This document shows positions 51,381 through 62,671 of a stretch of 64,000 bases of DNA, piece after piece. Made by a program: the position numbers and the translations under genes. Within the stretch, counting starts at the first letter, position 1. Every line of letters starts with the position of its first letter. Source of the DNA: Callorhinchus milii (Eukaryota); NCBI RefSeq assembly GCF_018977255.1, contig NW_024704743.1:15750001-15814000 (forward strand). The letters run 5' to 3'. The notes under the pieces are model-generated. The model made no database searches, was not told where the DNA came from, and was given only the letters and a program-made list of their open reading frames with translations.

Positions 51381-51774
51381 CCTTGATTAGGAGAATGCCT
51401 GGTGCTACCACTGGGTGGAGCTAAACGTAACAGATTTACTTGAATACTATTGCTGTTCATCTATTGAATCACATTCCTTTCAAAATGGAAACACATGCCT
51501 GGTGTTTGTGAGAGCTTTGTTGGTGAAACAAAAATCTGACAGGATAATACTTCAAATGGCAACATGTATGGGAGTCTCTTTTTGAGGCACTCAGAAATGT
51601 TATGATCCAACTACAATGGACTTTGCTGTTTGCATTCAGGAAGTGTACCTACTTTTGGGTGAATTATACCTAGAAGCTAAAGCTGGCCTCAATATTCCAT
51701 TACTAGCAGCATTTTGAGAAACCTCATGTGCCCTGAAAAGGTGATGCACAGGATTTTAAAGGATCTTCTTCGGA

Positions 51775-52130
51775 AGCGTGGTCCTAACTGGACAAGCAGT
51801 GGGAAAGCTTGCCAGGCTGTCAATGGCAAGCTATGCAAATTTAGCTGGTTAGACTCCAGCAGTACCCCAGCGCACTCTTAGCTCTTGTGAATTTGTGCCT
51901 AATACTTTCCGGAATTAGGTAAGCAGAATACGTTCCACCCAAGGAGAGAATACACATTCCATTCCAATAAACATTTCCATTTATAGGCCGGATGCATGGA
52001 AGTCTCAGTTTGGTTTGGACACTCTTAAGCATGGTGATGGGTTTCCGCATGTGACAGACGCCCAGCTGACCCAAATAAAATGAGCACTTGATGTAGCTGC
52101 TCATATATAAACAGAGGAAATAAATATACT
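51775..52130 (-). repeat. Unclassified repeat, copy D (longest)
   Basis: TTTAGCTGGTTAGACTCCAGCAGTACCC and CTTAAGCATGGTGATGGGTTTCC are reverse complements of blocks in copies A and C. Confidence 0.6.
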
Positions 52131-52699
52131 TGGAAATTCCTGGCCACAACCAGTGGGGAAATTCACTGGGATACAGTCTAGACACATGCTATAAAAAACT
52201 GGGGATTGCCATAAGTGTGGGTGACAGAGACACTTCCAACAAGCAAGTCGTGCCATTGACATCAGAGAAGAGTATGCTGTTCAGAAATTAATCTGATTCC
52301 AGAGTGAAAGTCACAGTGATTCTGCTGAATGACTAATGTCAGACATCTGATCAGAACTCAGCTGAAATAATAACTGAAAGAATCCAAGCAGGCACTGAAT
52401 TGTAGTTAGGCTGTTATTCTGTGCAACTGGGCCCCAAATAAAGCAACAACTCAGGGAGTGGCAGCCTATGAAGACGGCAGCTGCAAGTCAGAGATACATA
52501 CTATATATATAGATAGATACTGGTACGTTTCCTCACGTTTGTCAGTGGCCACCATTGCAAACAAAATACTGCTCACACCTTGTAAACTTCATAAATCTTG
52601 AAAGCGGCATTTGCAGCATTTCCCATCAGAGTTGGATACTCTGTAAGACCATTTTGTCTTAGAATTGACATCAACTCTTTGACCTTTTTTGATTCCATC

Positions 52700-52920
52700 C
52701 TTCCAAATTACCAATCTTCCCATCAGAGAGTCAAACTCTTTCTTTAATGAGTCCAGTCCTGGCCTCAACCACCCTCTTTGGTAAACTTTTCCTGTCGTTA
52801 ATTATCCTCTGGGTAAAGAAATATTTCATAGTGACTGTCCTAAAATCATCCCTTTCCACCCTGTTCTGTGGCTTTGGAGTAGCTGAAAGTACTATTTTGT
52901 GTTTACTTTGTTAACCCTTC
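52700..52920 (-). mobile_element. Old CR1 3' fragment
   Basis: ATTATCCTCTGGGTAAAGAAATATTT is the reverse complement of KYFFTQRI. Confidence 0.55.
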
Positions 52921-54439
52921 AAGAGGAGAACAGTAGAAAGTTGGAGAAAACAACAACAAATTACATTTGCATTGCACCTTTCATGTCGGGAGGATGTCAT
53001 AAGGTGCAAGAAAAGAAGAGAAACAGACTCTAAGGAGAGGTAGCAGAGTCTATCATATGGTGATCAATAAAAATATCAGGAAGGGAAAGAAAAAGACCTT
53101 GTAAAAAATGTATATTCGAAATGTAACATTTTCAAACTACGACAGAACCACTATTTCCAGTGCCTGTAAGGAGTGCCAAATAATAAAATTAAATGGGCCC
53201 TGAAAAGTACTGGTTATACAGTACAAGACGGGATAGTATAATAGAGGGGTGGAATGTGTGCCCTTTCATAATACGTTCCTTGTGATAATCGTGAAACATC
53301 GTAAACTTCACCCCATTTTTGTTCTTTTCAAAAGCAAAGGCGCTTTAGTAGCTGCAGAATTAAAGGATGGATATCTTTCTAAATAAGGTGTCTATTTTAT
53401 CCTCTTATGGGAGAAGTGTTAATATTTGCTTTGCTCCCCAGGCTGGTTGATTGTGATGTATGCACTCTTTTCATATTGGAATGAGTCAGAGCACCATCAC
53501 TTAAAGTTCCAGTGGTCAATGAAACTTCAGACAGACTCTTTGGAATCAATGAGGTCACCTAGCTAGCTTTCATCTGCCACGATTTTGACGTAAAGTCCAT
53601 TCCTGTGACCTCTAGATCAAGGCTCTGCTGTACAAAGCTATCACACCCAGGGCCCTCGTCACAATGGAGCAGGCATGTACAAGCAAGTCACTCAGCCCAC
53701 GCAGGAAGGGAAAAAAGGCTCTGCAACCACTTCAGTGGATGGGGAGTTCGAAGCCCATATCACCACAGACCACACTGAAACTCAGCATGACTCCTGGGTC
53801 AATAGTACTGAACAATATAGAAAGAATCCGTGCACCACACACAAAATATGATATGACCTGTAAGATTGCATATTTTACGCTAACCCACACAATTAAAGAG
53901 GAGCTCAAAATAGAGATGAAGAAAGGGAATCAAAATGACATAAAAAACGGCGACATTTCGCAATAGATTGATTTGGGATCACAGAGCTCCCTCAAGTACA
54001 GCAGATACCACTTATTATCAATGTGTTTCTGACGTCTGCATGTCTTTTAGCAGTTCCCTGTTGCTTTGATCTCAGGCCGTTGCCCTTTTACTGTTGCTCT
54101 CCCATGAGGGCTTTACTCTCACATAAAATCTTGTGACTAGTTTCTTCAGCTTCACATGCCGTTGGATGGGACTTGATCTGTGTTGGTTCAGAACACCTTT
54201 CTCAGCTAGTTGAGCTGACTTACGGAACAACAGCTTGTGTGCTTTATAGAGAAATTGATCTCGATGAGGAGGCTTTAAACATCTGCATAAGTTAACAATG
54301 GATGTAGATGGGGAAACTTTGGACTACAGACATTGTAGCAGTGTTGAAACTACACTCATTGATGCTTTTACTTTTTAATTGTTTGAAATACATAAAAACT
54401 TTTATGGCACTCTTTAATATTTAATCTTTTAATACTTTA

Positions 54440-54745
54440 CCACCCAATATGTACTGTACTTGTTCTCCTTATTCTTCCTCCCCAAAATGTTTAACCTCAC
54501 TTTTATTCACAGTAAATTTCATTTGCGTTTTTTCTGACCAATAAATTCATCTGTCCATGTCCCCCAGAAGTTGCTTATGATCTTCTTTACTGTTAGCTGC
54601 ACTCCCTATTTTTCTGTTGTCTGAAAACTTAGAAATTTGTGCTGCTTATACCCGAATCCAGATCATTTATGTAAATCGAGATAAGCACTGGTCTTAACAC
54701 GGACCCCAGGGTGGACACCATGATTTATATCTTTCCATTATGAAT
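54440..54745 (-). mobile_element. CR1 RT fragment
   Basis: Minus strand reads GSVLRPVLISIYINDLD...ISKFSDN (degenerate FADD). Confidence 0.7.
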
Positions 54746-55120
54746 GTGGAGTTCTGTAGCTTAATGATTAGAGCACTTGCCTCGTAAGCACTTGCAAGCA
54801 AGGACCTGGGTTTGATTCCAAGGCAGGGCGAAATATTGGGCAAGTACCTTTACTCCACATGCCTCTGTTTACCTAGCGGTAAGAAGGAATGCGATCCAAC
54901 CTATTCGATTGGCAGATTGCTTTTCTGGGGGTAGTAATCCCTTATAAAATAGTTTTAAAAATAGTTCACTGAATCCATGATTCTTTGTGGGACACCAGTG
55001 CCGCATTTCGTCCACAAAATGAACAGTCAATTCACTTTACAGTATATTCTGTGAATTGCTTTGAGACGTCTCCAAGACGTGATAAGGCTCTATATCAAAC
55101 GCAAGAATTATTATTATTAT
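54746..55120 (+). mobile_element. Young tRNA-SINE, long subfamily
   Basis: Head with a small internal duplication, body, tail, (TTA)n. Confidence 0.85.
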
Positions 55121-55499
55121 TTACCTCATCTGCCTTGTCCAGTAAATACTGTATTTAGATACGCAAGCCTCACAATTTGTAGACGATGATGAGGCAGAGG
55201 GTCAGATTCAGAGAAAGCTGGGAATAGATAAGGTTGTTAATTGATTAAAAGTCACTTTTTAAGTACTTGATGCTGAAGAGAACAAATTGATCCAAATGTG
55301 ATCTGAGTAAGTTACTGAAATGATCTTTTAACTCAGACACTGCCCCTACCTCATGTTCAAAGCTGCTGAAATCCTCAGAAATGCAATTGAATCTCTGCAT
55401 CCTCTCCATGACTCTGCCATACTTTCGAAAGTGGGTTGGTCAAACCTGGACATAATCCTCTATCTGCAGTCTAACTAATGATTTGTACAAGTTAAAGAA

Positions 55500-55760
55500 T
55501 ACCTTTCTAGTTTTATATTCCTTGCCTCTAGTTATAAAATTAATATCCCATTACCTTTCTTCACTGCTTTGTCCAAAATCTTCCGCCTTTAAAGATTTAT
55601 GTAAGTTAACGCCAAGACTAAGCTTTTCTACTCATCATTTAGCATATAATTCCTCTATTTATTCTTCCTCCCAAATGTGTATAATCACACATTTATCTGC
55701 CATCTTTCTGCCCAATTGAAGCAGTCAACAAGTTAATAACAGTTTCCTCATTGTCCACTA
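55500..55760 (-). mobile_element. Old CR1 fragment
   Basis: TTCTTCCTCCCAAATGTGTATAATCACACATTTATC (DKCVIIHIW/G-like post-RT motif). Confidence 0.5.
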
Positions 55761-56409
55761 AACACAATTATGGGAAGCATATCGTGCCAAAAGAAAAATG
55801 TTTATTTAAAAATCTGATGGATAGAAGTTCCTAGCAGGTCTTTAACTTGACAATGTTCTCAGCCCTGCAGGGCTATAGAAGCTAAGTTTATTTAGGGTTG
55901 GCATTCAAAAGAAACACAGAAAGAAAACAGACAACCAGAGAGGGGAAATGAGTTGTAATGCAATGCCTCTTAAATCTTCACCTCCGTGAACAATGTAACA
56001 TCTGATATACACTCGCCTGCAAAATAGTAACAAGAACATTTTAAAAAAAGCTATGTAACTAAAAAAAATTTTAGCGTGCACTTTAATTATTAAAATCAGA
56101 AAACGTAAAAATGTGATATTTGATGTGATGATTACCACATTGCTGAAAATTAGTTATGAATGGTCTATATTTATACACTGGTTAATCCGCTCCCCCATTT
56201 CAACACAATGATTTGTTCTGAAACCAGCTAAAGTTTCCAAGCATTTCAATACTGCTGCACAAGTTTGATTTTGGTCCAATTCTGATTTACACCCAAACTA
56301 GTCAATAATTAATTGTTTTGGAGCAATAATAGACACATCACACTTCTTCCCTCTCTATCTGTTTCTCCCACTATCATGGCCTATTGTATAGAATTGAATT
56401 AAACTTCTC

Positions 56410-56560
56410 TTTCCTGGCAAATGGAAATTTCCATATATGGGAACCTAATTGTTTGGTTTGGAGGATCTTAAGCATGGTGATACGCGTATCAGACACCCAA
56501 CTGACCAAAATTAACAGTGACCAGCAATGAGCTGGAAAATATATGTTAAAACCTAAATGC
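56410..56560 (-). repeat. Unclassified repeat, copy E
   Basis: GTTTGGTTTGGA..ATCTTAAGCATGGTGAT...CAGACACCCAACTGACCAAAAT matches 52008-52077. Confidence 0.55.
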
Positions 56561-56969
56561 TAATGGAGTGAATAGTTCCCACTAGCTGTGTCATCCACTG
56601 CTAACATTTAGGATTGACGTAAAGTCATAAATTCCAGATGCCATTAACTTAAATCTTTTGGTGATTTTGATGTCTCATGATAGTCAGAAAGTGGCTTCCT
56701 AGTTATAATCTCCATTAATATAATGTATGAAAGTAGATGCAAAATAATTTTTATGTCCACATTATTTATCAAGTGTAATGCACTATTGGTGCACATTGAA
56801 CCACCTGTGCATTGGATTCTCAAGGCAGAGATGCCAAAACCCATTTGAATTAATTAGATATTCTGCTCTTCCTCCATTGATTTCTCAAATGCATCAATCA
56901 AATACTGTTCACCATGCTGTTCAGAGAGAGAGAGATAGAGAGGGACTCCAGAAGGTGTGACTCACTAAA

Positions 56970-57340
56970 ATAATATTAATTGTTGCATTGATGTAGGACC
57001 TTTCTCATCAGAAGGGCATCTCAAAACACTTCACAGTATTTACTCTGAAGAGTAATTTACATTCTAAACATTGTATTTTTCTAGGCAAACACAGCAGCCA
57101 ATTTGTGCACAGAAATTTCTCCCAAGCAGCTATGAAGTGAATGACAAATATTATTTGCCATGGGATCTCTAACAGGTAGTCAGAACTTTGGTTAACTTCT
57201 CACCCGAAGGACGGCACCTCCAACAATGCAACACATCCCAGCACTACATTGGGGTGTCAGACTAGACTGTGAGTTCAAAGTCCCAACTTGGGCTTTGAAC
57301 CTATAACATCCTGAATGCTACAAGCTGAGCCAGGTGGACA
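56970..57340 (-). mobile_element. Older Deu-type SINE
   Basis: Tail, core and CGAAGGACGGCACCTCCAACAATGCA body, head. Confidence 0.65.
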
Positions 57341-57912
57341 CCTTATTCCATGATCTGTGGTTTTCAGAGAGACTCTTCGAGTGTGTGACTCTCTACTCTC
57401 TACACTTCTTTCCTGCTTTAATCACATTCCAGCCTGGTCACGCACAGCCATTTACTCTGGCTCCTAAAAATTGGGAAGAAACTAGCCCCACTATTCCAAT
57501 AATGAGGTGATATTTTTCCAGCTGTTCTTAAGGTAACAGACCATTTTTTTTCTTAACGTTAATTCAAGTTCAAGTCTTTTGGATAAAAGGAGTCTGGTGG
57601 CCACTTTTAGAATATGTTCTTATTGGAGTAAAGAATGCAATGTTTAAGGTTCAATCGAATCTGCTAGGAAAAGTTGCACTTTTCACCTATTTGTAACTGG
57701 CAACAGATATTCCAAATAAATATTCAGAATTAATGTTTCAATTTGTTACATTTCTCTCAGCAACTGAAAAAATTTGAACTTTCCCGCTCATTCCTGACTC
57801 AATGCGTTAGCATGTCTGTCTGGAAACCTACAAATGTCAGTCTGGACACCCAATGCCTTTGTCATCAGCGTGTGGTTTGAACTTTAAGGAAAAATACCAC
57901 TGCAGAATCATA

Positions 57913-58285
57913 GAGTTCTGTAGCATAGTGGTTAGTTCACTCGCTTCTCAAGAAGGACGACTTGGGTTCAATTCCTGGGCAGGGCGAAACCTTAGTCAAG
58001 TTTCCTTACTCCACATGCCTCTGTTTACCGAGCAGTAAGTAGGAACCCGGTTGTTGGTCGATTGGGAGATCGTTTTCTGGGGGTAATAAACCCTCTCAAA
58101 AAAATAACATTTGTCCACTCAATCCATGACTGTTTTTGGGACACTGCTGTGTGCAATCGGCTGCCGCATTTCACCCACAAAATATACAGTTGATCCACCT
58201 TACAGTATATTCTGTGAAGCTCAACACTGAGATGTCTCAACAACGTGATAAGGCACTATGTCAAATGCAAGGCTTATTACTATTA
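57913..58285 (+). mobile_element. Young tRNA-SINE, long subfamily
   Basis: Full layout; sits in a CR1 tail. Confidence 0.85.
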
Positions 58286-58286
58286 T

Positions 58287-58780
58287 AGGACATTTACAAT
58301 ACAGAATGAGGCCAATTAGCCCATCATTTCTGTGATGATATACAAATGTAATTTGATTGTTGTTGTTGTTGATACCATCTCCCCCACTGGAGCTATCTAC
58401 TCTGATCCTATACCCCTGCTGTTTTCCTGTATCCTTTAATATGAGTTTTCTCGTAGTTTTAATCCAATTCCCTTTTAAATTTGTTATGGACTCAATATCA
58501 ACATTCATTTGCGGTAAAGTATTAGAATCACCTGTGTAAAAAGATTCTCTAGCCTCTCCCCCAGAGATAAGTCTGAGTTTATGCTCTCTTATTACTGACT
58601 CGCCGATCAGTGGAAAGTACTGTAGTCTTTATTTACCCTTTCAAAATCAGTCATCGGTTTAGAAACCTCTTTGAGATTCCCCCTTAACCTCCGCTGCTCC
58701 AGCAAAAACAGGCTTCATTTTACAAGTCTCTCAACGTAACTATAATCTCTCATCTCTGGTATCATCCTAGTGAATCTCTG
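58287..58780 (-). mobile_element. CR1 3' fragment
   Basis: Same family as 2776-3225. Confidence 0.7.
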
Positions 58781-59154
58781 CTTGTTTGAAGTTAGTGTGT
58801 ATTTCATTTTTTTGACGAGACTGGCCTGTGTCTTAACTTTAATATTTAAGATTAGAGAAAAATAAAAAATACATTTAAACCAACAGAAATAATTCTTGCA
58901 ACAATTTAAATCAGAAGAATACAGTAATGATTTTTGACCAGAATTTCATTTTTAATCACCTGACTGTTTGGATCAGTCTTTTTATCTTCTTTTAATATAA
59001 AAAATGATCAATTTGTAACGATTGCTGAATAGCCCCTGGTGAGGACTGTTCTAACAATAATAATAAAAATAATAATAACAATCATTGTATTTGATATAGT
59101 GCCTGTCACATCAACAGGATATCTTAAAGCATTTAACAGTAAAAAAATAATTAG

Positions 59155-59311
59155 GTCAATCCATGCCTGTTTGGGGGAGACTGCTGTGCGCAATTGGTTG
59201 CCGCGTTTCGCCACAAAATATACAGTCAATTCACTTTACAGTATATTCTGTGAAGCGCTTTTAGATATCTCAACAACATGATAGGGTGCTACATCAAATG
59301 CAAGGATTATT
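59155..59311 (+). mobile_element. SINE 3' half
   Basis: Core and tail, directly abutting the L2. Confidence 0.75.
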
Positions 59312-59312
59312 A

Positions 59313-60680
59313 GTCGTGTTTCCGTGCTGCCCATAGCACAGAAACTGCCCTGGTCAAGGTCACCAATGACATCCTGACCATCTGTGACCAGGGCTCCCTC
59401 TGCCTCCTTGTCCTCCTCGATCTATCGGCAGCATTCGATACGGTCGACCATGCTATCCTCCTCCACCGCCTGTCCTCCCACCTAAACCTTCAAGGCCCTG
59501 TCCTTGAGTGGTTTAGGTCGTACCTCTCCCAACGTCTCCACTTTGTCTCCACAAATGGTTTTTCCTCCGGCCCCCGCACTGTCTCGTGCGGTGTCCCTCA
59601 AGGCTCTGTCCTCGGTCCCCTCCTCTTCACCCTCTATATGCTCCCCCTTGGTGACATCATCCGCAGACATGGGGTTAACTTCCACATGTATGCGGATGAC
59701 ACCCAACTCTACATTTCCTCCTCTACCCTCAACTCCACGACCACCGATGTCCTGACAGCTGCCTGTCTGACATTGAGTCCTGGACAAGAGACAACTTTCT
59801 TCAGCTCAACGTGCGCAAAACTGAGGCCCTCCTGATTGGCTCACGTCAGCGCCTCCGCACCTCAGGCGCTGACAGCATCAGCATCCAAGGCTGCACTCTC
59901 CACCTCTCAAAGCCAATCAGGAACCTCGGGGTTCTGTTCGACCCTGAGCTGTCCTTTCTCCCCCATATCCACGCCACAACTGGCACCGCCTTCCATCACC
60001 TCTGGAATGTCGCCAGACTATGGCACTCCCTCACCCCTCACGCTGCTGAAACTCTGGTCCACGCCTTTATCACCTCAAGGCTGGACTATGGGAACTCTCT
60101 CCTCGCCGGCCTTCCCGCCACCTCCCTCCACAAGCTGCAGGTCATTCAGAACTCTGCAGCTCGTGTCCTGTCCTGCACCAGGCTTCGCGACCACATCACT
60201 CCCACCCTCGCTCACCTCCACTGGCTCCCCATCCCCCAGAGGATTGAATTCAAGATCCTTACCCTCACCTACAAGGCCATTCACGGCCTTGCTCCCTCCT
60301 ACCTCTCCGACCTACTATCCCCCTACCTACCTGCCCGTACCCTCCGTTCCTCTGGCTCCGGTCTGCTCCACATCCCCCGCCCCAACCGCCCTACCATCGG
60401 TGGCCGGGCCTTCAGCCTCTCAGCCCCGAGGCTCTGGAACTCCATCCCCCAGTGCCTTCGCCGCTTCCTCCCTTTCCTCCTTCAAGGCCGGTCTCAAGAC
60501 CTTTCTCTTTGACCGTGCCTTGAGCTCCCCTCTCGACTCTCTACCCCCTCCTCGCTCCCTCCCTTCCCTCCCCTCACCCTGACCATTTCCCCCTGCTCGG
60601 GTCCTGACCCAACTGTACAGCGCCTTGGGACGTCCTCCCGACGTGAAAGGTGCTCAATAAATGGAACCTTGTTGCTGTTG
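59313..60680 (+). mobile_element. Best-preserved L2 copy (RT domain to tail), 5'-truncated and frameshifted
   Basis: [11 protein letters not shown]...[12 protein letters not shown]...[13 protein letters not shown]...MYADDTQLY (YADD 59689-59700); frameshift near 59757; ORF 59811..60512; stem-loop tail. Confidence 0.95.
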
Positions 60681-61806
60681 TATTATTATCAAATGCAAGA
60701 AATATATGTATTATATTATTTGTAGGCAAAAGTGGCAGTCAATTTGAATACAACAATGAAGTGAATAACCAATTTTACTTGAAAATTGTTGACCAGGACA
60801 ACGGGTGAAATTCCTTTCTCTTAATACTTTTTTACTTTTCCTGTGACTTGCTTAACTACAGTTCATGCACCAGTGTGCAAAATGACAAATTAGAGCTTTA
60901 ATTTACAGCAAAGATTGACAATGGCAAAGACAAAATATCTATAGTGACCTCCTGACATTCATTTAAAATTCACATATGTTTTCAATAGCCAGAGTTTATT
61001 CCCTTCAGTTTTTATGTTTTTCTTTTAATTCCCTGGAATTACGATTTGTCTATCATCATGGAATGTCATGAAATATGGCACCTGAAAAGTATCTGTTGTA
61101 AGACATTGAAGGACTCTAACGTTTTAGTTGTCAAACAATCCTTGCATCAATGTGGGTTTTAAGTGAGGGACAGGGGGGAGGAGATGATGGAATGCATTTC
61201 AGAAGTGCCTTGTGTCATGGTATAAAAGATCTCTTCCACCTGGGTCTAGATTTATTCACATCTGCTTCTTCAGGTTAAAGGGAAGGGAGTTTTTCTGGTG
61301 CCCTGACCAACAATGCCCCAGATACAATTGGTCATTCACTTGATGGCTGTCCACAAATTGTCGGTTGTGCTCACCTACAAATATACAGTCAGTACACTTT
61401 GCAGTCATTCCTATGAAGTACTTTGAGGTGTTTTAACGCCTGATAAGGGTCTATGTGAAATTGCACAATATTCAAAATCATGAAGGAAATATCTCTGATT
61501 GAGCGGATCAAAATAATAAAGGAAATTGACAAACCAGATAGTAGATGACTCTTCCCTCTGGTAGAGGGCTCCAAACCAAGATGACGTAATCTATAATAAT
61601 ATAGATATTATTCAATTTAGGACAGTTAGAAATAAGATAAGAAAACATTTATTGCAACACTATAGAGGCAGAATCATTAGGGATGATGAAATGGGCAATA
61701 ATGTAGACAGATAGATAATTAGGAAACAAAAACAGTTGCCGGGAACACTCAGAGGGTCAGGCAGCATCTATGGAGAAAGGAAAGTGAGTCGATGTTTCGG
61801 GTCCAT

Positions 61807-62293
61807 AAGACCATACAACGTAGGAGCAGGAGTAGGCCATTCGGCCCCTCGAGCCTGCCCCGCCATTTAATAAGATCATGGCTGATCTTCTAACCTAATT
61901 CCATTTACCCGCCCTATCCCCATATCCCTTAATCCTGGAGTCCTGTAGCTCAGTGGTTAGAGCACTCGCTTTGCAAGTGAGAGACCTGAGTTCAATTCCA
62001 GGCAGGGCGAAACCTTGGGCAAGTTTCCTTACTCCACACGCCTAATAATAATCCCTCCAAAAAACCCAAAACAATAATAAATTGGTCATTTTCAATCTAC
62101 GACTGTTTGTGGGACATTGCTGTGCGCAATTGGCTGCCGCGTTCGCCCACAAATATACAGTCAATTCACTTTACAGTGTGTTCTGTGAAGCGCTTTGGGA
62201 CGTCCTCCTGACGTGAAAAGCGCTATATCAAATGCAAGGATTATTATTAATCCCTCTATCCTTTAGAAATCCACCAATCTCAGTCTTGAATAT
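61807..62293 (-). mobile_element. Young CR1 3' end interrupted by a SINE
   Basis: TAGGAGCAGGAGTAGGCCATTCGGCCCCTCGAGCCTG tail; TSD GTCCAT at 61801-61806 and 62294-62299. Confidence 0.8.
61936..62246 (+). mobile_element. Young full-length tRNA-SINE, short subfamily
   Basis: Near-identical to 9361-9681; TSD TTAATCC at 61929-61935 and 62247-62253. Confidence 0.92.
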
Positions 62294-62671
62294 GTCCATG
62301 ACCCTTCATCAGAACTGGGGCATGTTTAAGGGCTAACAGAGTGGGGGGAGGGAGGGCAAAGAAGACAAAGGAGAAAATGGGGTAGAGGACAGGGATGATG
62401 GGTTAAAGAGGTGTTAGTGATGCAGAACAAAGTGGGTGATTGCAACAAAGCAGGGGAATAAAGGTGTTAATACTGCAGAACAAAAAGGGGGGGGAAAGGA
62501 ACCCCCTTTGTTCTTGTCGAAGAGAAGAGACTTGAGATGGGCATTGTTGGTCAGGGCACCAGAAAAACTCCCTTTGCTTTAACCTGAAGAAGCAGATGTG
62601 AATAGATCTGGAACCTTCCCCCTTCCCCCCCACCTTCTGGCTCTACAGTATTAACACCTCTATTCCCTTGC

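Larger units (their letters stand above)
61723..62500 (-). mobile_element. Penelope-type terminal fragment with hammerhead core, split by a nested CR1 and SINE
   Basis: Removing the insert restores CTGATGA-A-GGGTC-ATG-GACCC-GAAA-CATCGACTC...CCATAGATGCTGCCTGAC. Confidence 0.7.

Noticed and set aside
51408..51423. CTCF-like CCACTGGGTGGAGCTA
   Set aside because: Two mismatches at informative core positions and adjacent to a retroelement relic. Not supportable without ChIP or conservation data.
59811..60582. 233-248 aa ORFs as host genes or an active LINE
   Set aside because: They are the L2 ORF2 C-terminus and its alternative frame. The copy is 5'-truncated and frameshifted.
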